DNA of 64,000 nucleotides from an uncultured delta proteobacterium (GTDB lineage: Bacteria; Myxococcota_A; Polyangia; Fen-1088), in the NCBI GenBank assembly GCA_963796685.1, contig CAWCMR010000025.1, forward strand, positions 704,001-768,000, read 5' to 3'. Of the stretch, positions 12,983-24,061 are shown piece after piece. Both the position numbers and the translations under genes were made by a program. A model generated the notes under the pieces. That model saw only the letters and a list, made by a program, of their open reading frames with translations, was not told where the DNA came from and ran no database searches. Every line of letters starts with the position of its first letter. Position 1 is the first letter of the stretch.

Positions 12983-14355
12983 TAGGGGATCCTGGGCGCA
13001 GTATAGGGCGAAGGCGCAATCTTGTCGTCCGCCTTGGTCTTCTTGGGCGAAGCCTCTTGCACGACCGCCGCCGGACGGGCCGGACGGCCCTTGATCGCGT
13101 GACGGATCCGCTCACTTGATGGGGCGACTGTCGGCGGTTCGATGGCGGGCCTTGTGAGCCCGGACACAGGCGGCGAGGGTGGGCTGACCTTGGGCGCGCG
13201 CGGGAGGGGCGCGGCCATGGCCTTGACCGCGGAAGGTGTCTTGCCACCACGGGCGAGCACGGCCGCGCTGCCGATGCCCAGCGCAAAGACCGCGGCCACG
13301 CCGAGGTGCCAGGGCCAGCGACGACGGGCGCGCGGCGCCGAGCCCGATTCGGCCCCCCCATCGAGGGTGATGTCCACGTCCCCGGCCAGAAGGCGCTCCA
13401 TGTCCTGCTCGAAGGCCGCCATGTGCTGGTAGCGTCGCGCGCGGTCCTTTTCCAGCCCGTGCATCACCATGCGGTCCACCGCCTCTGGAATACCGAGCTG
13501 GGGCGCAAGGCCGAGGGTGGTTGGATCTCCCTGTTCTGGATCTGCGCGATGACACCGAGGTAGTTGGTGCCGCGGAAGGGGGAGCTCGCCGGTCAGGCAC
13601 TCGTAGAGGATGAGCGCGGCGGCCCAGATGTCGGCGCGCGCGTCGATGTCCTCACTGCCACCCGCCTGCTCGGGCGACATGAAGAGCGGCGTGCCCAGCA
13701 CGGCGCCGGTGCGGGTGAGCCGCTGCCAATCGCTGCCTGCCTCCTCTTGGGTGCGCACGGCCTTGGACACGCCGAAATCCACGACCTTCACGAAGTCCAG
13801 GTCGCCGCGGCGGACGAGATAGACATTCTCGGGCTTCACGTCTCGGTGGACGATGCCCTTGGCGTGGGCAGCAGCGAGCGCGCTCGACACCTGTTTGACG
13901 ATGGCCAAGCTGCGTTCGACCGGCAGGGGCGCATCGCGCATGATGAGCTCGGACAGCGGCTCACCTTCGAGGAATTCCATCACCACGAAGGCGCGTCCGT
14001 CGCGCGTGGTGCCGAAGTCGGTGACATCGACGATGTTCTGGTGGCCGATGGAGCTGGCCAGCCGTGCCTCTTGCAGAAGGCGGGCGATGAATTCCTCGTT
14101 CTCGAGGAATTTTTCCAGCAGCACCTTGATGGCCACGCGCTTGCCGATGATGCTGTGCTTGGCCTCGTAGACCGCGCCCATGCCGCCCTCGCCGATGCGG
14201 CGAATGATTTCGTACCGCTCGGCCAGCGTGGTCCCCACCAGGGAATCGAACTTGGCCCCGACCGGCGCGGGCGCGGGCACAGGTGGACCTGCCGCTTCGG
14301 CGTGCGGCACGGTGTTCATCAGCGAGGGATCGGTCTCGGTCACGGTTTGGCGCAT
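12982..14355 (-). CDS. Transmembrane Hanks-type Ser/Thr protein kinase (contains a short out-of-frame patch)
   Basis: GEGGMGAV, VAIK, HRDVKPEN, DFG and GTP.FMSPE motifs; TM helix; start moved to ATG 14355 to avoid overlap with ilvD. Confidence 0.9.
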   Translation of the reverse strand: MRQTVTETDPSLMNTVPHAEAAGPPVPAPAPVGAKFDSLVGTTLAERYEIIRRIGEGGMGAVYEAKHSIIGKRVAIKVLLEKFLENEEFIARLLQEARLASSIGHQNIVDVTDFGTTRDGRAFVVMEFLEGEPLSELIMRDAPLPVERSLAIVKQVSSALAAAHAKGIVHRDVKPENVYLVRRGDLDFVKVVDFGVSKAVRTQEEAGSDWQRLTRTGAVLGTPLFMSPEQAGGSEDIDARADIWAAALILYECLTGELPLPRHQLPRCHRADPEQGDPTTLGLAPQLGIPEAVDRMVMHGLEKDRARRYQHMAAFEQDMERLLAGDVDITLDGGAESGSAPRARRRWPWHLGVAAVFALGIGSAAVLARGGKTPSAVKAMAAPLPRAPKVSPPSPPVSGLTRPAIEPPTVAPSSERIRHAIKGRPARPAAVVQEASPKKTKADDKIAPSPYTAPRIP

Positions 14356-14486
14356 TGTAGCGCCGAAACATCCCGGGGGCACGCGCGCAGATGCTGCCGA
14401 ATCCGCGGCGCGGGCTACGCCGTCGGGGCTTCCCTTGCCGCATGTCCACCGCTTGATTGCAGGGTCCACCGTGGTAGGAAGCTGCC

Positions 14487-16358
14487 ATGCCTCACTACCG
14501 ATCACGCACCTCGACCTTCGGCCGCAACATGGCTGGCGCGCGCGCCCTTTGGCGCGCCACCGGCATGAAAGACGGAGACTTCGGCAAGCCCATCATCGCC
14601 GTGGTGAACAGCTTCACCCAGTTCGTTCCCGGTCATGTCCATCTCAAGGATCTGGGACAAATGGTCGCGCGAGAGATCGAGGCCGCCGGTGGCGTGGCCA
14701 AGGAATTCGACACCATCGCCATCGACGACGGCATCGCCATGGGCCACGACGGCATGCTGTATTCGCTGCCCTCGCGCGAGCTCATCGCCGATAGCGTCGA
14801 GTACATGGTCAACGCCCACTGCGCCGACGCCATGGTGTGCATTTCCAACTGCGACAAGATCACGCCCGGCATGCTCATGGCGGCCCTGCGCTTGAACGTC
14901 CCGGCCGTGTTCGTGTCGGGCGGCCCCATGGAGGCGGGCAAGGTCAAGCCGCCGAGCCAGGCCGGCAAAGACGGAGGCAAGGAGGTTCACGTCGATCTGA
15001 TCGACGCTATGGTCAAGGCTGGCGATGCCTCGGTGTCCGACGCCGACGTGGCCGAATACGAGCGCTCGGCGTGCCCCACCTGCGGCTCGTGCTCGGGCAT
15101 GTTCACCGCCAATTCCATGAACTGTCTGACCGAGGCCCTCGGCCTGTCCTTGCCCGGCAACGGCACCTTGGTCGCCACGCACGCCGATCGCAAGGCGTTG
15201 TTCCTGCGCGCCGGGCGGGTCGCGGTCGAGCTGTGCAAGCGCTATTACGAGAAGGACGACGCGTCCGCTTTGCCCCGCTCCATCGCCACCTTCGAGGCGT
15301 TCCAAAACGCCATGTCGCTGGACGTGGCCATGGGCGGCTCGACCAACACCGTGCTGCACCTGCTTGCCTGCGCGCAGGAGGCCGAGGTGAAGTTCACCAT
15401 GGCCGACATCGACAAGATCTCGCGCAAGGTGCCCTGTCTGTGCAAAGTGGCGCCGTCGACGGCCAAGTACCACGTCGAGGACGTGCACCGTGCCGGCGGC
15501 GTGTTCGGAATTTTGGCCGAGCTCGACCGCGCCGGGCTGATTCATGGCCAAGTGCCCACCGTGCACAGCAAGACCATCGGCGAGGCGATCGCCGAGTGGG
15601 ATGCGGCCACCAGCAAGGATTTGTCGGTGCGCACCTTCTATTCCGCGTCGCCTGGCGGCATCCCGACCCAAGAGGCATTCAGCCAAGACCGTCGCTTCGA
15701 TACGCTCGATTTGGATCGAAAAGAGGGCTGCATCCGCGACAAGGCGCACGCCTATTCGCAAGATGGGGGCCTGGCCGTGCTCTACGGCAACCTGGCGGAG
15801 AAGGGCTGCATCGTAAAGACCGCGGGCGTCGACGAATCGATCTGGAAATTTTCGGGCAAGGCGCGCGTGTTCGAGAGCCAGGACGAATCGGTCGAGGCCA
15901 TCCTGGGCGGCAAGGTCGCGGCCGGCGACGTGGTGGTCATTCGCTACGAAGGCCCCAAGGGCGGTCCCGGCATGCAGGAGATGCTCTATCCCACGAGCTA
16001 TCTCAAGTCGCGCGGGCTCGGCAAGGCTTGCGCCCTACTCACCGACGGGCGTTTCTCGGGCGGCACGGCCGGTCTGTCCATCGGTCACGTCTCGCCCGAG
16101 GCAGCCTGTGGCGGCGCCATCGCGCTCATCGAAGAGGGCGACACCATCGACATCGACATTCCCAATCGGCGCATCCACCTGGCCATCGGCGAGCAAGACC
16201 TGCAAAGGCGTCGCGCCGCCATGGAGGATCGCAAGGCCATGGCGTGGAAACCCAAGGCCCGCAAGCGCCAGGTTTCAGCCGCCTTGCGCGCCTACGCTGC
16301 CATGACCACCAGCGCCGACACCGGAGCGGTCCGGGACATCTCCCAGTTGAAGAGCTAG
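14487..16358 (+). CDS. ilvD: Dihydroxy-acid dehydratase
   Basis: [39 protein letters not shown] and TDGRFSG motifs. Confidence 0.97.
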   Translation: MPHYRSRTSTFGRNMAGARALWRATGMKDGDFGKPIIAVVNSFTQFVPGHVHLKDLGQMVAREIEAAGGVAKEFDTIAIDDGIAMGHDGMLYSLPSRELIADSVEYMVNAHCADAMVCISNCDKITPGMLMAALRLNVPAVFVSGGPMEAGKVKPPSQAGKDGGKEVHVDLIDAMVKAGDASVSDADVAEYERSACPTCGSCSGMFTANSMNCLTEALGLSLPGNGTLVATHADRKALFLRAGRVAVELCKRYYEKDDASALPRSIATFEAFQNAMSLDVAMGGSTNTVLHLLACAQEAEVKFTMADIDKISRKVPCLCKVAPSTAKYHVEDVHRAGGVFGILAELDRAGLIHGQVPTVHSKTIGEAIAEWDAATSKDLSVRTFYSASPGGIPTQEAFSQDRRFDTLDLDRKEGCIRDKAHAYSQDGGLAVLYGNLAEKGCIVKTAGVDESIWKFSGKARVFESQDESVEAILGGKVAAGDVVVIRYEGPKGGPGMQEMLYPTSYLKSRGLGKACALLTDGRFSGGTAGLSIGHVSPEAACGGAIALIEEGDTIDIDIPNRRIHLAIGEQDLQRRRAAMEDRKAMAWKPKARKRQVSAALRAYAAMTTSADTGAVRDISQLKS

Positions 16359-16370
16359 AGCGGTCGAGAG

Positions 16371-16751
16371 CTAGCAGGCGGGCGCCGCCGCTTCGTCGGT
16401 GCGGAGGGCAGCGTTCATCAAGAGCAGGGCCGTGGGGGCGCCAATCTCGTCGGCGGCGGATGGAAGCTCCTCCTGGGTAAAGGCGAAGTACCCGCTCTCC
16501 CAGGACAAGAGCTCGTAGATGGCGGCTCGATTCACGCGACGCGAGCCTTCGATGCGTGCGGAGATGGCCTGACCGCCGCGAAGCCAAACCCGGCCCATCT
16601 TGCCGCCAGCCACAATGAGGAGCTGGCCAGAACGCCGCTCGAGGTCCAAGAAGCTCAAGATGGTTGCGAAACCGAACTGCTCGAGACGGCCGCGCAACCC
16701 AGCATCATGTCGGGTAGTGGTGGAGGTTTGCCGAAGCCTTGCCCGTGCCAT
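16371..16751 (-). CDS. DUF4388 (PATAN-like) domain protein
   Basis: LRGRLEQF...IL..L..ERRSG.L...G...AIYELLSW.SG.F pattern. Confidence 0.75.
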   Translation of the reverse strand: MARARLRQTSTTTRHDAGLRGRLEQFGFATILSFLDLERRSGQLLIVAGGKMGRVWLRGGQAISARIEGSRRVNRAAIYELLSWESGYFAFTQEELPSAADEIGAPTALLLMNAALRTDEAAAPAC

Positions 16752-16850
16752 GCGGAGAGTTGACCCTACTCACGCGTCCACCGCAAATTAACGATGCCGC
16801 GGCGCATCCCTGCAACGAGCCGCGCGCCCCATGTCGGTGGCGCGCTCGAA

Positions 16851-18269
16851 TCATGGCCGAACGTCCGGCGTAGCCGTGAGCGGCTGCGGAGGCTGGCTGG
16901 CCTTGTGCTGCTCTTCACTGTAGGCCCAAGCCGAGGCTGTGCCGGTATCGGGAAGCTCGATCGCGGCAAACGAGAGGGGAGGGAAGGTGAAGGTCGGTGC
17001 TGCCGGCGTGCCCGTGACCTGGAACGTGAGCATGGCAGGGACGTCGTTCCAGTTTACGACGATGGCCTGGGTTCCAGTGTCCGTCTGGTTGCGGCTGGCG
17101 TAGGCGCGAATCCCATCGGGCATCGAAGTCACCGAAAGCAGCGTGGGCCCGAAGTGGGTCGCATACAGGTCGAGGGCCCAGTAGGAAGGCTGGGGCTGGC
17201 CGCCCGAGGACGCGAACAGGCCCAAGGTCCACCCCTCGCGGGTGCTCCAAAACACGGTTGCCCACAGGCCGTTTTGCAGTCCCTCGCCGAAGGTGTCCGC
17301 CGCCCACAGCCCCGCCGGGACCGTGCCTGGCGACGCGGGCAACGTGCTCTTGGCCGGGTCGCCATCCCAGGTGATGTTCGCCTCGGTGATGGCGAGTGGT
17401 TTGTCGCCCGCTCCGGCAAGCTGCATGATCCCGCGAACGTGGACGATGGTGTCGTTGAGGTTGGTTGCATCCACGGCGGCGTTCGCCACGCTCGTCTGGG
17501 TGGGATCGATGGGGTAGCGGTGGATCGTGACGACGTCGAAGAGCGCGCCACAGGTTTGCAGGATCGGCGTGAGCCAGTCGTTGGCGTTCGACTGGTATTT
17601 CCAGGAAAGCTCAGGTCCCAGGATCTGAATCGTGGGATCGACCGCTTTCATCGCGGTCACGTAAGCCGACGCCGAGGCACAGAAGGCCGCGGGCGTATAC
17701 CCCGGGATGCCCTTGGTCGTGCCCGTGGCGTCCGGGTAGAGATCCGGCTCGTTGCCAATCGAGAAGTACTTGATGCCGTACCCCATGGTCACGTTGGCAT
17801 AGGTCACCATGCCCGCCGCCGTGTCCGCGGATGCCGGGGTGCCAGATTTGTCGGCGGCGAGCAGTGGCACCTGCAGGATCGGTTCCGCCGAGATGGCATG
17901 GGCATAGGCCATGGCCAGGTCGATCTGCTTGTCGTCGAAAGTGTCGGGCGTGTTGGCGTCGTTGTTGTAGCCCCCGATGCGCATGACCCGGGGCGCCAGG
18001 GCAAGGACCTGCGCCTCGGTCCCGGCCACCAGGTTCCCCCAGGTGGGCGACCACTGCCAGTAGCTCGTGCCAAGCCCGGTGGTTGGTCGAGGCGTCCGCG
18101 TCGCAGTGGAGATCACGACGCTGCCTTGCATGGGCGGCGCAGCATCGGGAGCTCCCTCCGCTCTGCTGGCATCGTGAACCGCGGTCGGCGTCGCGGCGCA
18201 TCCAAGACCGCCAGCGCAGAAGGACAGAAAAAAGGAAAGCTCCAGCAATGAGCGAAACCACAGGGACAT
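16851..18269 (-). CDS. Clan GH-A glycoside hydrolase lipoprotein (GH44/GH79-like)
   Basis: Lipobox GLGC; acid/base motif SIGNEPDLY and nucleophile motif AITEAN. Confidence 0.7.
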   Translation of the reverse strand: MSLWFRSLLELSFFLSFCAGGLGCAATPTAVHDASRAEGAPDAAPPMQGSVVISTATRTPRPTTGLGTSYWQWSPTWGNLVAGTEAQVLALAPRVMRIGGYNNDANTPDTFDDKQIDLAMAYAHAISAEPILQVPLLAADKSGTPASADTAAGMVTYANVTMGYGIKYFSIGNEPDLYPDATGTTKGIPGYTPAAFCASASAYVTAMKAVDPTIQILGPELSWKYQSNANDWLTPILQTCGALFDVVTIHRYPIDPTQTSVANAAVDATNLNDTIVHVRGIMQLAGAGDKPLAITEANITWDGDPAKSTLPASPGTVPAGLWAADTFGEGLQNGLWATVFWSTREGWTLGLFASSGGQPQPSYWALDLYATHFGPTLLSVTSMPDGIRAYASRNQTDTGTQAIVVNWNDVPAMLTFQVTGTPAAPTFTFPPLSFAAIELPDTGTASAWAYSEEQHKASQPPQPLTATPDVRP

Positions 18270-18425
18270 TCACCGAGTATGGCCTGCACGGCGTGGACAA
18301 ATCTTCGCATTTTGTGGGTCAGCCATCGCAAGTCTCGCTTGTCAGTGGCCACGGACGAGCGCCGAGGGCATGCTGCCCATGCTACGCTGGAGACCGTGTC
18401 GGGGGCGATCTACCAACCCTTTCCC

Positions 18426-19244
18426 ATGGCGACCGCGGCCCGCGCGCAAATTTGGCGGCATGCCCCAGCGACACGACGCCCGCGCCACTTCCACGCCGAG
18501 CCGGAAATGAACCTGGTCGCGGCCGGGAGCGCAAGGTTTGGGGTGGGAGAGATGGTGCTCTCGGTGGTCGAGGGCGACCTGCTGTGGTGGCCGCCAGGAC
18601 AAGACCACGAGCTGCTCGAAGCCTCGCTCGATTTCGACCTGTTCGTCATCGGTGTCACGGCCGAGTTTTCGCTGCGCGTGCTCGCCAGTGGCAGGGAGGT
18701 CGCAACCACTGGTCCGGTGCACTTTCGTCTACCGCAAACCGCGCTCGCCGATTTTTGCGACATTTGCGCCGCACCCGTCAACCCGCTCGATATTCCGAGC
18801 ATCGAGCGACGCGTCGGGGATCTTTGGCGCGAGGCCCATGTGCTGAGGAGCTCCTCGAACACGATGCACACCCTGACCCGTCGAACGCTCTTGTCGCTCG
18901 CCGAACAGCCGGAGCTCGCCCGCGCCGACGTGGCCCACCTGGTTCGTGCCTACCCGAGTGAGATCAGTCGGCACTTCCACAAAGACATGGGCCTCACCCT
19001 CTCGGCCTACCGCACCCGACTGCGACTCATGCGCTTCATTCAAACAGTCGACGGCGGAGCCGAGAATCTCCTGGCCGCGGCGCTTGCCGCCGGATACGGC
19101 AGTTACTCGCAATGCCACCGGACCTTCCAGCAGAATTTCGGATGCACGCCGCGCGCGTTCTTTGGAACTGCACTGCGCACCCGGATGCAGGAAGCCTTTT
19201 CGCCGTGGGTCTCGCCGGAGCCATTGTCGCCAAGCACAGAATGA
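18426..19244 (+). CDS. AraC-family transcriptional regulator
   Basis: Cupin motif HFHAEPE and C-terminal double HTH (SRHF...YR...R...AGYGSYSQ.HRTF...G.TPR); start uncertain. Confidence 0.85.
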   Translation: MATAARAQIWRHAPATRRPRHFHAEPEMNLVAAGSARFGVGEMVLSVVEGDLLWWPPGQDHELLEASLDFDLFVIGVTAEFSLRVLASGREVATTGPVHFRLPQTALADFCDICAAPVNPLDIPSIERRVGDLWREAHVLRSSSNTMHTLTRRTLLSLAEQPELARADVAHLVRAYPSEISRHFHKDMGLTLSAYRTRLRLMRFIQTVDGGAENLLAAALAAGYGSYSQCHRTFQQNFGCTPRAFFGTALRTRMQEAFSPWVSPEPLSPSTE

Positions 19245-19348
19245 CCCACACGGGTCGCCGTGGAAGGTAAGTCGAATCCGTATTCGGACCTGTTTTGATG
19301 TAAATTGCCGGCTTCGGGTCCGAGCTTGGACTATTGCGAGGTCATAGT

Positions 19349-20452
19349 ATGAGAGCCATGGCGGCATTGTTCCTGTTCGCCGGATTGCTCGTGGGGCTGG
19401 CCTGGCCGGCGGAAATCGCGCACGCGGCGGATGCCGCCACCGAAGAGGCGCGCCAGCATTTTCTCAAGGGCCAGCAACTCTTCGACGTTGGTCGTTGGGA
19501 CGAGGCGGCCGAGGAGTTCGAGAAGGCCTATTCGCTGCGAGGCGATCCGTCCTTCATCTACAACATGGCGCAGGCATATCGTCGCAAGGGGGACGCCAAA
19601 CGCGCTCTGGATCTGTACAAGAACTACCTGATCAAGGCGCCCAAGAGCCCGCAACGCGCGGAAGTCGAGAATCGCGTTCAGGCTCTGCAGAAACAAATCG
19701 AGGAGGCCGAGTACCGGGTCGGACCGCCGACTCCGTCAGTCCCCAGCGCCACCTTGCCCACCCAAGCTCCGCCGGCTGCCGCGCCCCCGCCCGCGCCGAC
19801 CTCCCCTGCGGCGCCGGTCGCCGCGCCCCCACCCGCACCGACCTCCACTATGGCACCGGCCGCCGCGCCCCCACCCGCACCGGTCCCCGCAGTGCCCGTG
19901 CCCGCACCGCAGCTGACACCTCAACCCGCCGCAGCCGTGGCACCGGCGCCCGCACCCGAGCGAGCCGTCTACGCACCGGTCGCGCAACCCGTGCAGGGCG
20001 GCTATCCGGCGCCCGCGTCAGTGCCGGGGAGCGGGTATTCCTATCCATCGGCTGTCGCGCCCATCGCGCCGCGCGCGCAGCCCGGTTTCGTCCAGGTCGA
20101 GGCGACGCCGGTGCCCGAGACCGAAGGTGCTGGTCACGGACTGCGCGTGGGCGGTATCGTTTGCGGCTCCGCAGGCGTGGCCGCGATCGGCGCCGGCATT
20201 TTTTTCGGAGCGGAGGCCAGCGCTTACTCCAGGTCCGTCGAAAGCGGGTCCGTCTTCAACCCGAATTTCGACAGTAGGGGCAAGCTCTACGAAACCTTGC
20301 AGTGGGTGGGCTACGGCATCGGTGCGGGCCTGATTGCAACGGGCGCCACGCTTTACATCATCGGGGCGGTTTCGGCCAATTCACGGAAGGTCGCGCTCGC
20401 GCCCACCGTTTTTCCGGGTGGGGCCGGTCTTGGCGCACGAGGGGAATTCTGA
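19349..20452 (+). CDS. TPR protein with Pro/Ala-rich repeats and hydrophobic C-terminus
   Basis: Signal peptide, TPR helices, three AAPPPAP repeats; TGATG overlap with next gene. Confidence 0.75.
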   Translation: MRAMAALFLFAGLLVGLAWPAEIAHAADAATEEARQHFLKGQQLFDVGRWDEAAEEFEKAYSLRGDPSFIYNMAQAYRRKGDAKRALDLYKNYLIKAPKSPQRAEVENRVQALQKQIEEAEYRVGPPTPSVPSATLPTQAPPAAAPPPAPTSPAAPVAAPPPAPTSTMAPAAAPPPAPVPAVPVPAPQLTPQPAAAVAPAPAPERAVYAPVAQPVQGGYPAPASVPGSGYSYPSAVAPIAPRAQPGFVQVEATPVPETEGAGHGLRVGGIVCGSAGVAAIGAGIFFGAEASAYSRSVESGSVFNPNFDSRGKLYETLQWVGYGIGAGLIATGATLYIIGAVSANSRKVALAPTVFPGGAGLGARGEF

Positions 20453-21573
20453 TGCGGGTCTGGATTCGAAACGGTCTGTTGGGTTGCGGGATCGTCTGCT
20501 CCGCGCTCTACGCGTGCACCTACGGCCCACATCCCAAAGAGGGAGCTGAGCAGTGCTATACCGGCACCAAGCAGTGCCCCGACGGTTACGTGTGTTCGCC
20601 GGTCAACAACATGTGCTACACGCCGGCAAACCTTCCGCCCACGAACGGCTACGGCCACGGCGGCGGCGTGGGGACCGGCGGGCCTGGGCAGGGCGGGATC
20701 GCCACCCCTGGCGCCGGGGGGCGAACGGGAACCGGTGGTACGATCGGGACCACGCCTGGCGCTGGCGGCCTCGTCGGGACAGGTGGCCCCGGCGGGGGAA
20801 GTGCGGGTGCGCCAGGTACCGGAGGCGTGGCGAGCACCGGTGGGGCCACGGCATGCACGCCGACCAAGGCCACCGGTAGCTATCCGCTCATCGACGACAT
20901 GAGCGACGGTGATGGCGGGATTCCTCCGCAAGATGGGCGCTCAGGCGGTTGGTTCACGTTCAACGATGGTTCCGGGGTGCAGCTGCCATCCGACCCGGGC
21001 GCATTGGCGGCCACGCCGGGGTGGATCTGCACGTCAGGCTCCGGCTTCATCACGTGGGGCGCGGGGCTCGGGGTGACCCTCGACTCCGACACCTCCGGCA
21101 AGTCGTGCAACTACGACGGCTCCGTCTACAAGGGCGTCACCTTCAAGATTCAGGGCACGGTCACCGGCGGCAGGGTGCGTTTTGGCATCCTGACCTCCGA
21201 CATCGCTGCGGCGGCAACCACCAACGGGGGCACCTGCGTGTCGTCGAGCACGCTGGCGAACGACTGCGACGATGCCTACGGCGTATGGCTGACGCCTATT
21301 TCCTTCGCGAGCACCACCGGATTCTCGTGCTTCAATGGCTCCTCGCAATGGTCCTGCGCCACTGCAACATCGGCTGGCTCGGTGGCAGTGACCATTCCGT
21401 TCTCGTCCATGGTGCAGGAGGGATGGGGTAGGAGCATTCCCTTCGATCTCGCCCACATGCTCCACCTCGACTGGCAGGCCAAGGACTATTGTTCGGATCC
21501 GGCGACTGGCGTCACCTCGTATCTCGGACCGACCAGTTTCAACTTCTGCATCGGCAACTTGAGCTTCTACTGA
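20452..21573 (+). CDS. Lipoprotein with Gly-rich linker and CBM11-like C-terminal domain
   Basis: Lipobox LYAC; LIDDMSDG...G.WFTFND...WGAG...Y.GVTF...IPFS...Q.GWG pattern. Confidence 0.6.
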   Translation: MRVWIRNGLLGCGIVCSALYACTYGPHPKEGAEQCYTGTKQCPDGYVCSPVNNMCYTPANLPPTNGYGHGGGVGTGGPGQGGIATPGAGGRTGTGGTIGTTPGAGGLVGTGGPGGGSAGAPGTGGVASTGGATACTPTKATGSYPLIDDMSDGDGGIPPQDGRSGGWFTFNDGSGVQLPSDPGALAATPGWICTSGSGFITWGAGLGVTLDSDTSGKSCNYDGSVYKGVTFKIQGTVTGGRVRFGILTSDIAAAATTNGGTCVSSSTLANDCDDAYGVWLTPISFASTTGFSCFNGSSQWSCATATSAGSVAVTIPFSSMVQEGWGRSIPFDLAHMLHLDWQAKDYCSDPATGVTSYLGPTSFNFCIGNLSFY

Positions 21574-21855
21574 TCGCGCTTGGTGGGGGACCTGTTCGGT
21601 CGTGCGCCTTTCCACCCGACGTCTGCGCCGTTTTCTCTTGTCTACAATGCAAACAGGCATAACCTGCCCCCCGGCGAAAAAATGGCAAGGAAAGCAGGTT
21701 AGCAGCTTGAAAACTGCCGCGCGGCTCGGCACCGCGGAGAAGGCATTTTTGTGGAAGTCCGCCTTGTCGAGAAAGCACCTCACTGACACTGACGGCTTCA
21801 ACGAAGCGTGGTGGTATCAGTCGGCTACATCAGCAGAGAACAGGAGACCAAGGCA

Positions 21856-22899
21856 ATGAGAAGACACAGCAACCAGAGCGGGTTTGTTATCGGAGCGCTA
21901 TCGCTGGTTTCGGTATACGTGGCATCGTGCATGGCCCATGTCGAGCCGCGACTGGCTCCTGATGTCTTGCAGGAACGCGTACTTGGCCCCGACAGATCAC
22001 TGAGTCTGTGTGAATTCGAGTTGCTGAATGCGGCCGGAAGCGGCACAGCGGCGCTCCTTGGGATTGCCGGCGCCATCTACGACGCGAACAAGGCGCAGAA
22101 GGACGCACCCTATGCCATGGAGCTGTCGGCCGACTTCAACGGGATCTACGAAGGGGCGTTGATGGGAGCCGGCTCCTTCCCCTATGTGCCTAGGGCGAAG
22201 CTCGCGCGATCGCAAGATGGCAAGGCGATACCCATGGACGCCTTGGCCAAAGGCAACGGTCTTCATGCATGTCTGAAAGCGAAGTCGAGTCTGTTGGTAC
22301 TTGTTGGCTGGAACAAGAAGGTTTCGGTTGCAACGACCTGGGAGCTGACGGGACGGTCGGGCTGGAAGATGACCCTCGAAACGGAGGCAATTTCCAAGGA
22401 AACCTATGGGATGGGTCCCGACACAGCGGATCCTAAGCTGAAGCCCGTATTTATCGAGCTTGCGCAGGAAGGTGTGCAGATGTTTCTCAAGCAGCTCGCC
22501 GGGACGGGCATCCTGCCCACAATGCCAAGTGGAACACCGTCTGGAACGCCGTCGTCTTCTCAGCCAGGGTTTGCAGGGGCCTCGACCTTTGCCATCCATT
22601 GCCGCTACCTGGGTGTCTGCGCTTCGCCTGCAGACAGCACGACTGTCACCCTAACCAAGGGGACCGTATCGTCCATCGATGCGAGCTCCAGAATCATCTT
22701 CGTGAAGGGGTGCAACGGCAGTACGTGCGAGGAGCCGAAGCCTCTTGTGATTACGGATGCGACGTCCTTCCGTCCCGAGGGCTCTACACTTGCGGATATG
22801 CACGCCGCCGATCAGGTTCTCTTTAGTTACAGGACCGAACCAGACAAGACGGTAGCCTTGCTGATCGTGAAGGAAGGTGTCGAGGTTCAGGTGAAGTGA
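21856..22899 (+). CDS. Hypothetical lipoprotein
   Basis: RBS AGGAG, lipobox-like VASC; codon usage visibly less GC-biased than upstream genes. Confidence 0.6.
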   Translation: MRRHSNQSGFVIGALSLVSVYVASCMAHVEPRLAPDVLQERVLGPDRSLSLCEFELLNAAGSGTAALLGIAGAIYDANKAQKDAPYAMELSADFNGIYEGALMGAGSFPYVPRAKLARSQDGKAIPMDALAKGNGLHACLKAKSSLLVLVGWNKKVSVATTWELTGRSGWKMTLETEAISKETYGMGPDTADPKLKPVFIELAQEGVQMFLKQLAGTGILPTMPSGTPSGTPSSSQPGFAGASTFAIHCRYLGVCASPADSTTVTLTKGTVSSIDASSRIIFVKGCNGSTCEEPKPLVITDATSFRPEGSTLADMHAADQVLFSYRTEPDKTVALLIVKEGVEVQVK

Positions 22900-22949
22900 C
22901 CGAGCACCATCGAGGTCCCGTCGACACACCTCGGGTTAGGAAAACTCTG

Positions 22950-22979
22950 GCACCACACCTCGGTGCACCACACCTCGGT
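22950..22979. repeat. 15-bp tandem duplication
   Basis: GCACCACACCTCGGT twice, plus partial CACACCTCGG at 22925-22934. Confidence 0.8.
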
Positions 22980-22993
22980 TCCTCCAGCCTGGC

Positions 22994-24061
22994 TCAGACG
23001 TAGTAACCCTTGATGCACGACCACCCGTGGTACGAGCAGGTACAGGTGTAGAAAATGCCCGGCTCGTTGGCCCAGTCCGAGTAGGTGCAGCTCAAGCCGA
23101 ACCTGGCCGCGCTACAACCCTCGTGCTGGCTCGGCTTGTCCCTGAGGCAGGTGTAGTCCTGCGGCTTGGTGCTGGACGGAATCGCACACCCCGGCGTGGA
23201 AGACGATACCGAGGCGCAGACGGTGCCGGGGCAGCAGGTGCCGGTCGACGTTCCCCCGCAGTCCCCATCCTCAGGCGCTTCCCAGCAGGCATCGCTACGT
23301 GCCACGCACTTGCCGCCTGTGCAGTCGAGGCCCGCACAGCAGTCGGTTGTGGCGCCGCAGGCATTCCCGATCGCGGTGCAGGCCGGAACCGCCCGGCACG
23401 AATACGTCGAGCCGCCGTTGGCCGACACGCACTCGGTGCCCTGACAGCACGAGGTCGTCGGATCGCTACAGTCTTGGCCCACATCGAGGCAGCTCGCCAC
23501 CAAATCGGCGGTGCCGTCGTTCGCCCGCGCGTCGCCCGCGTCGACGGTCGCGGTGTCCTTTGCTCCCGAGTCGCCAGCGCCGTCCGTCCCGGCATCGATC
23601 GGTTGGCAAGCCCGGCTGGTGTCATTGGCCCCGTCTACGCAGCGGGTGCCCACGGGACACGCGATCTCAGGGCCATCGGAGTTGCAGCTTCCGCCTGAAC
23701 AGGGCCCGGGACCGCATACATAGTGGCAGTCATGGCTCGTGACCGGCTGGTAGCCGGTGGCAGTGCACCGGTAGGGGTAACTGCAGGGAAAATCGACGTA
23801 GCACATTGCGGTGGTGCCGCCGGTGGATACAATCGAGCCCCCGCTTCCGGCACCACCCCCGCTCCCGGCGCCACCCCCGCTCCCGACACCACCCCCGCTC
23901 CCGGCGCCACCCGAGGGACCGCCCGTCGTGCCCCCGCTCGGAGCCGCGCCGCCCGAGCCTCCCTTGGAAGGGAGCCCACTACTTTGACACCCGAACCCTA
24001 CCGGCAGAGCCAGGAGGACCAAATTCAGCACAAAGGTAGACCAGGAGGAGGTGATTCGCAT
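22994..24061 (-). CDS. Cys-rich lipoprotein with Gly-rich 18-bp tandem repeats
   Basis: Lipobox GFGC; GGG(A/V)GS repeats at 23853-23906; repeated C..C...CC.G..C modules. Confidence 0.7.
   Translation of the reverse strand: MRITSSWSTFVLNLVLLALPVGFGCQSSGLPSKGGSGGAAPSGGTTGGPSGGAGSGGGVGSGGGAGSGGGAGSGGSIVSTGGTTAMCYVDFPCSYPYRCTATGYQPVTSHDCHYVCGPGPCSGGSCNSDGPEIACPVGTRCVDGANDTSRACQPIDAGTDGAGDSGAKDTATVDAGDARANDGTADLVASCLDVGQDCSDPTTSCCQGTECVSANGGSTYSCRAVPACTAIGNACGATTDCCAGLDCTGGKCVARSDACWEAPEDGDCGGTSTGTCCPGTVCASVSSSTPGCAIPSSTKPQDYTCLRDKPSQHEGCSAARFGLSCTYSDWANEPGIFYTCTCSYHGWSCIKGYYV

Noticed and set aside
21660-21701. TAACCTGC...GCAGGTTA as an integron attC site
   Set aside because: Too short, no L boxes, not repeated at other gene ends, and no integrase in the window
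22925-23911. Short repeats as a CRISPR array
   Set aside because: Tandem units without unique spacers; the 18-bp units encode a Gly-rich linker; no cas genes
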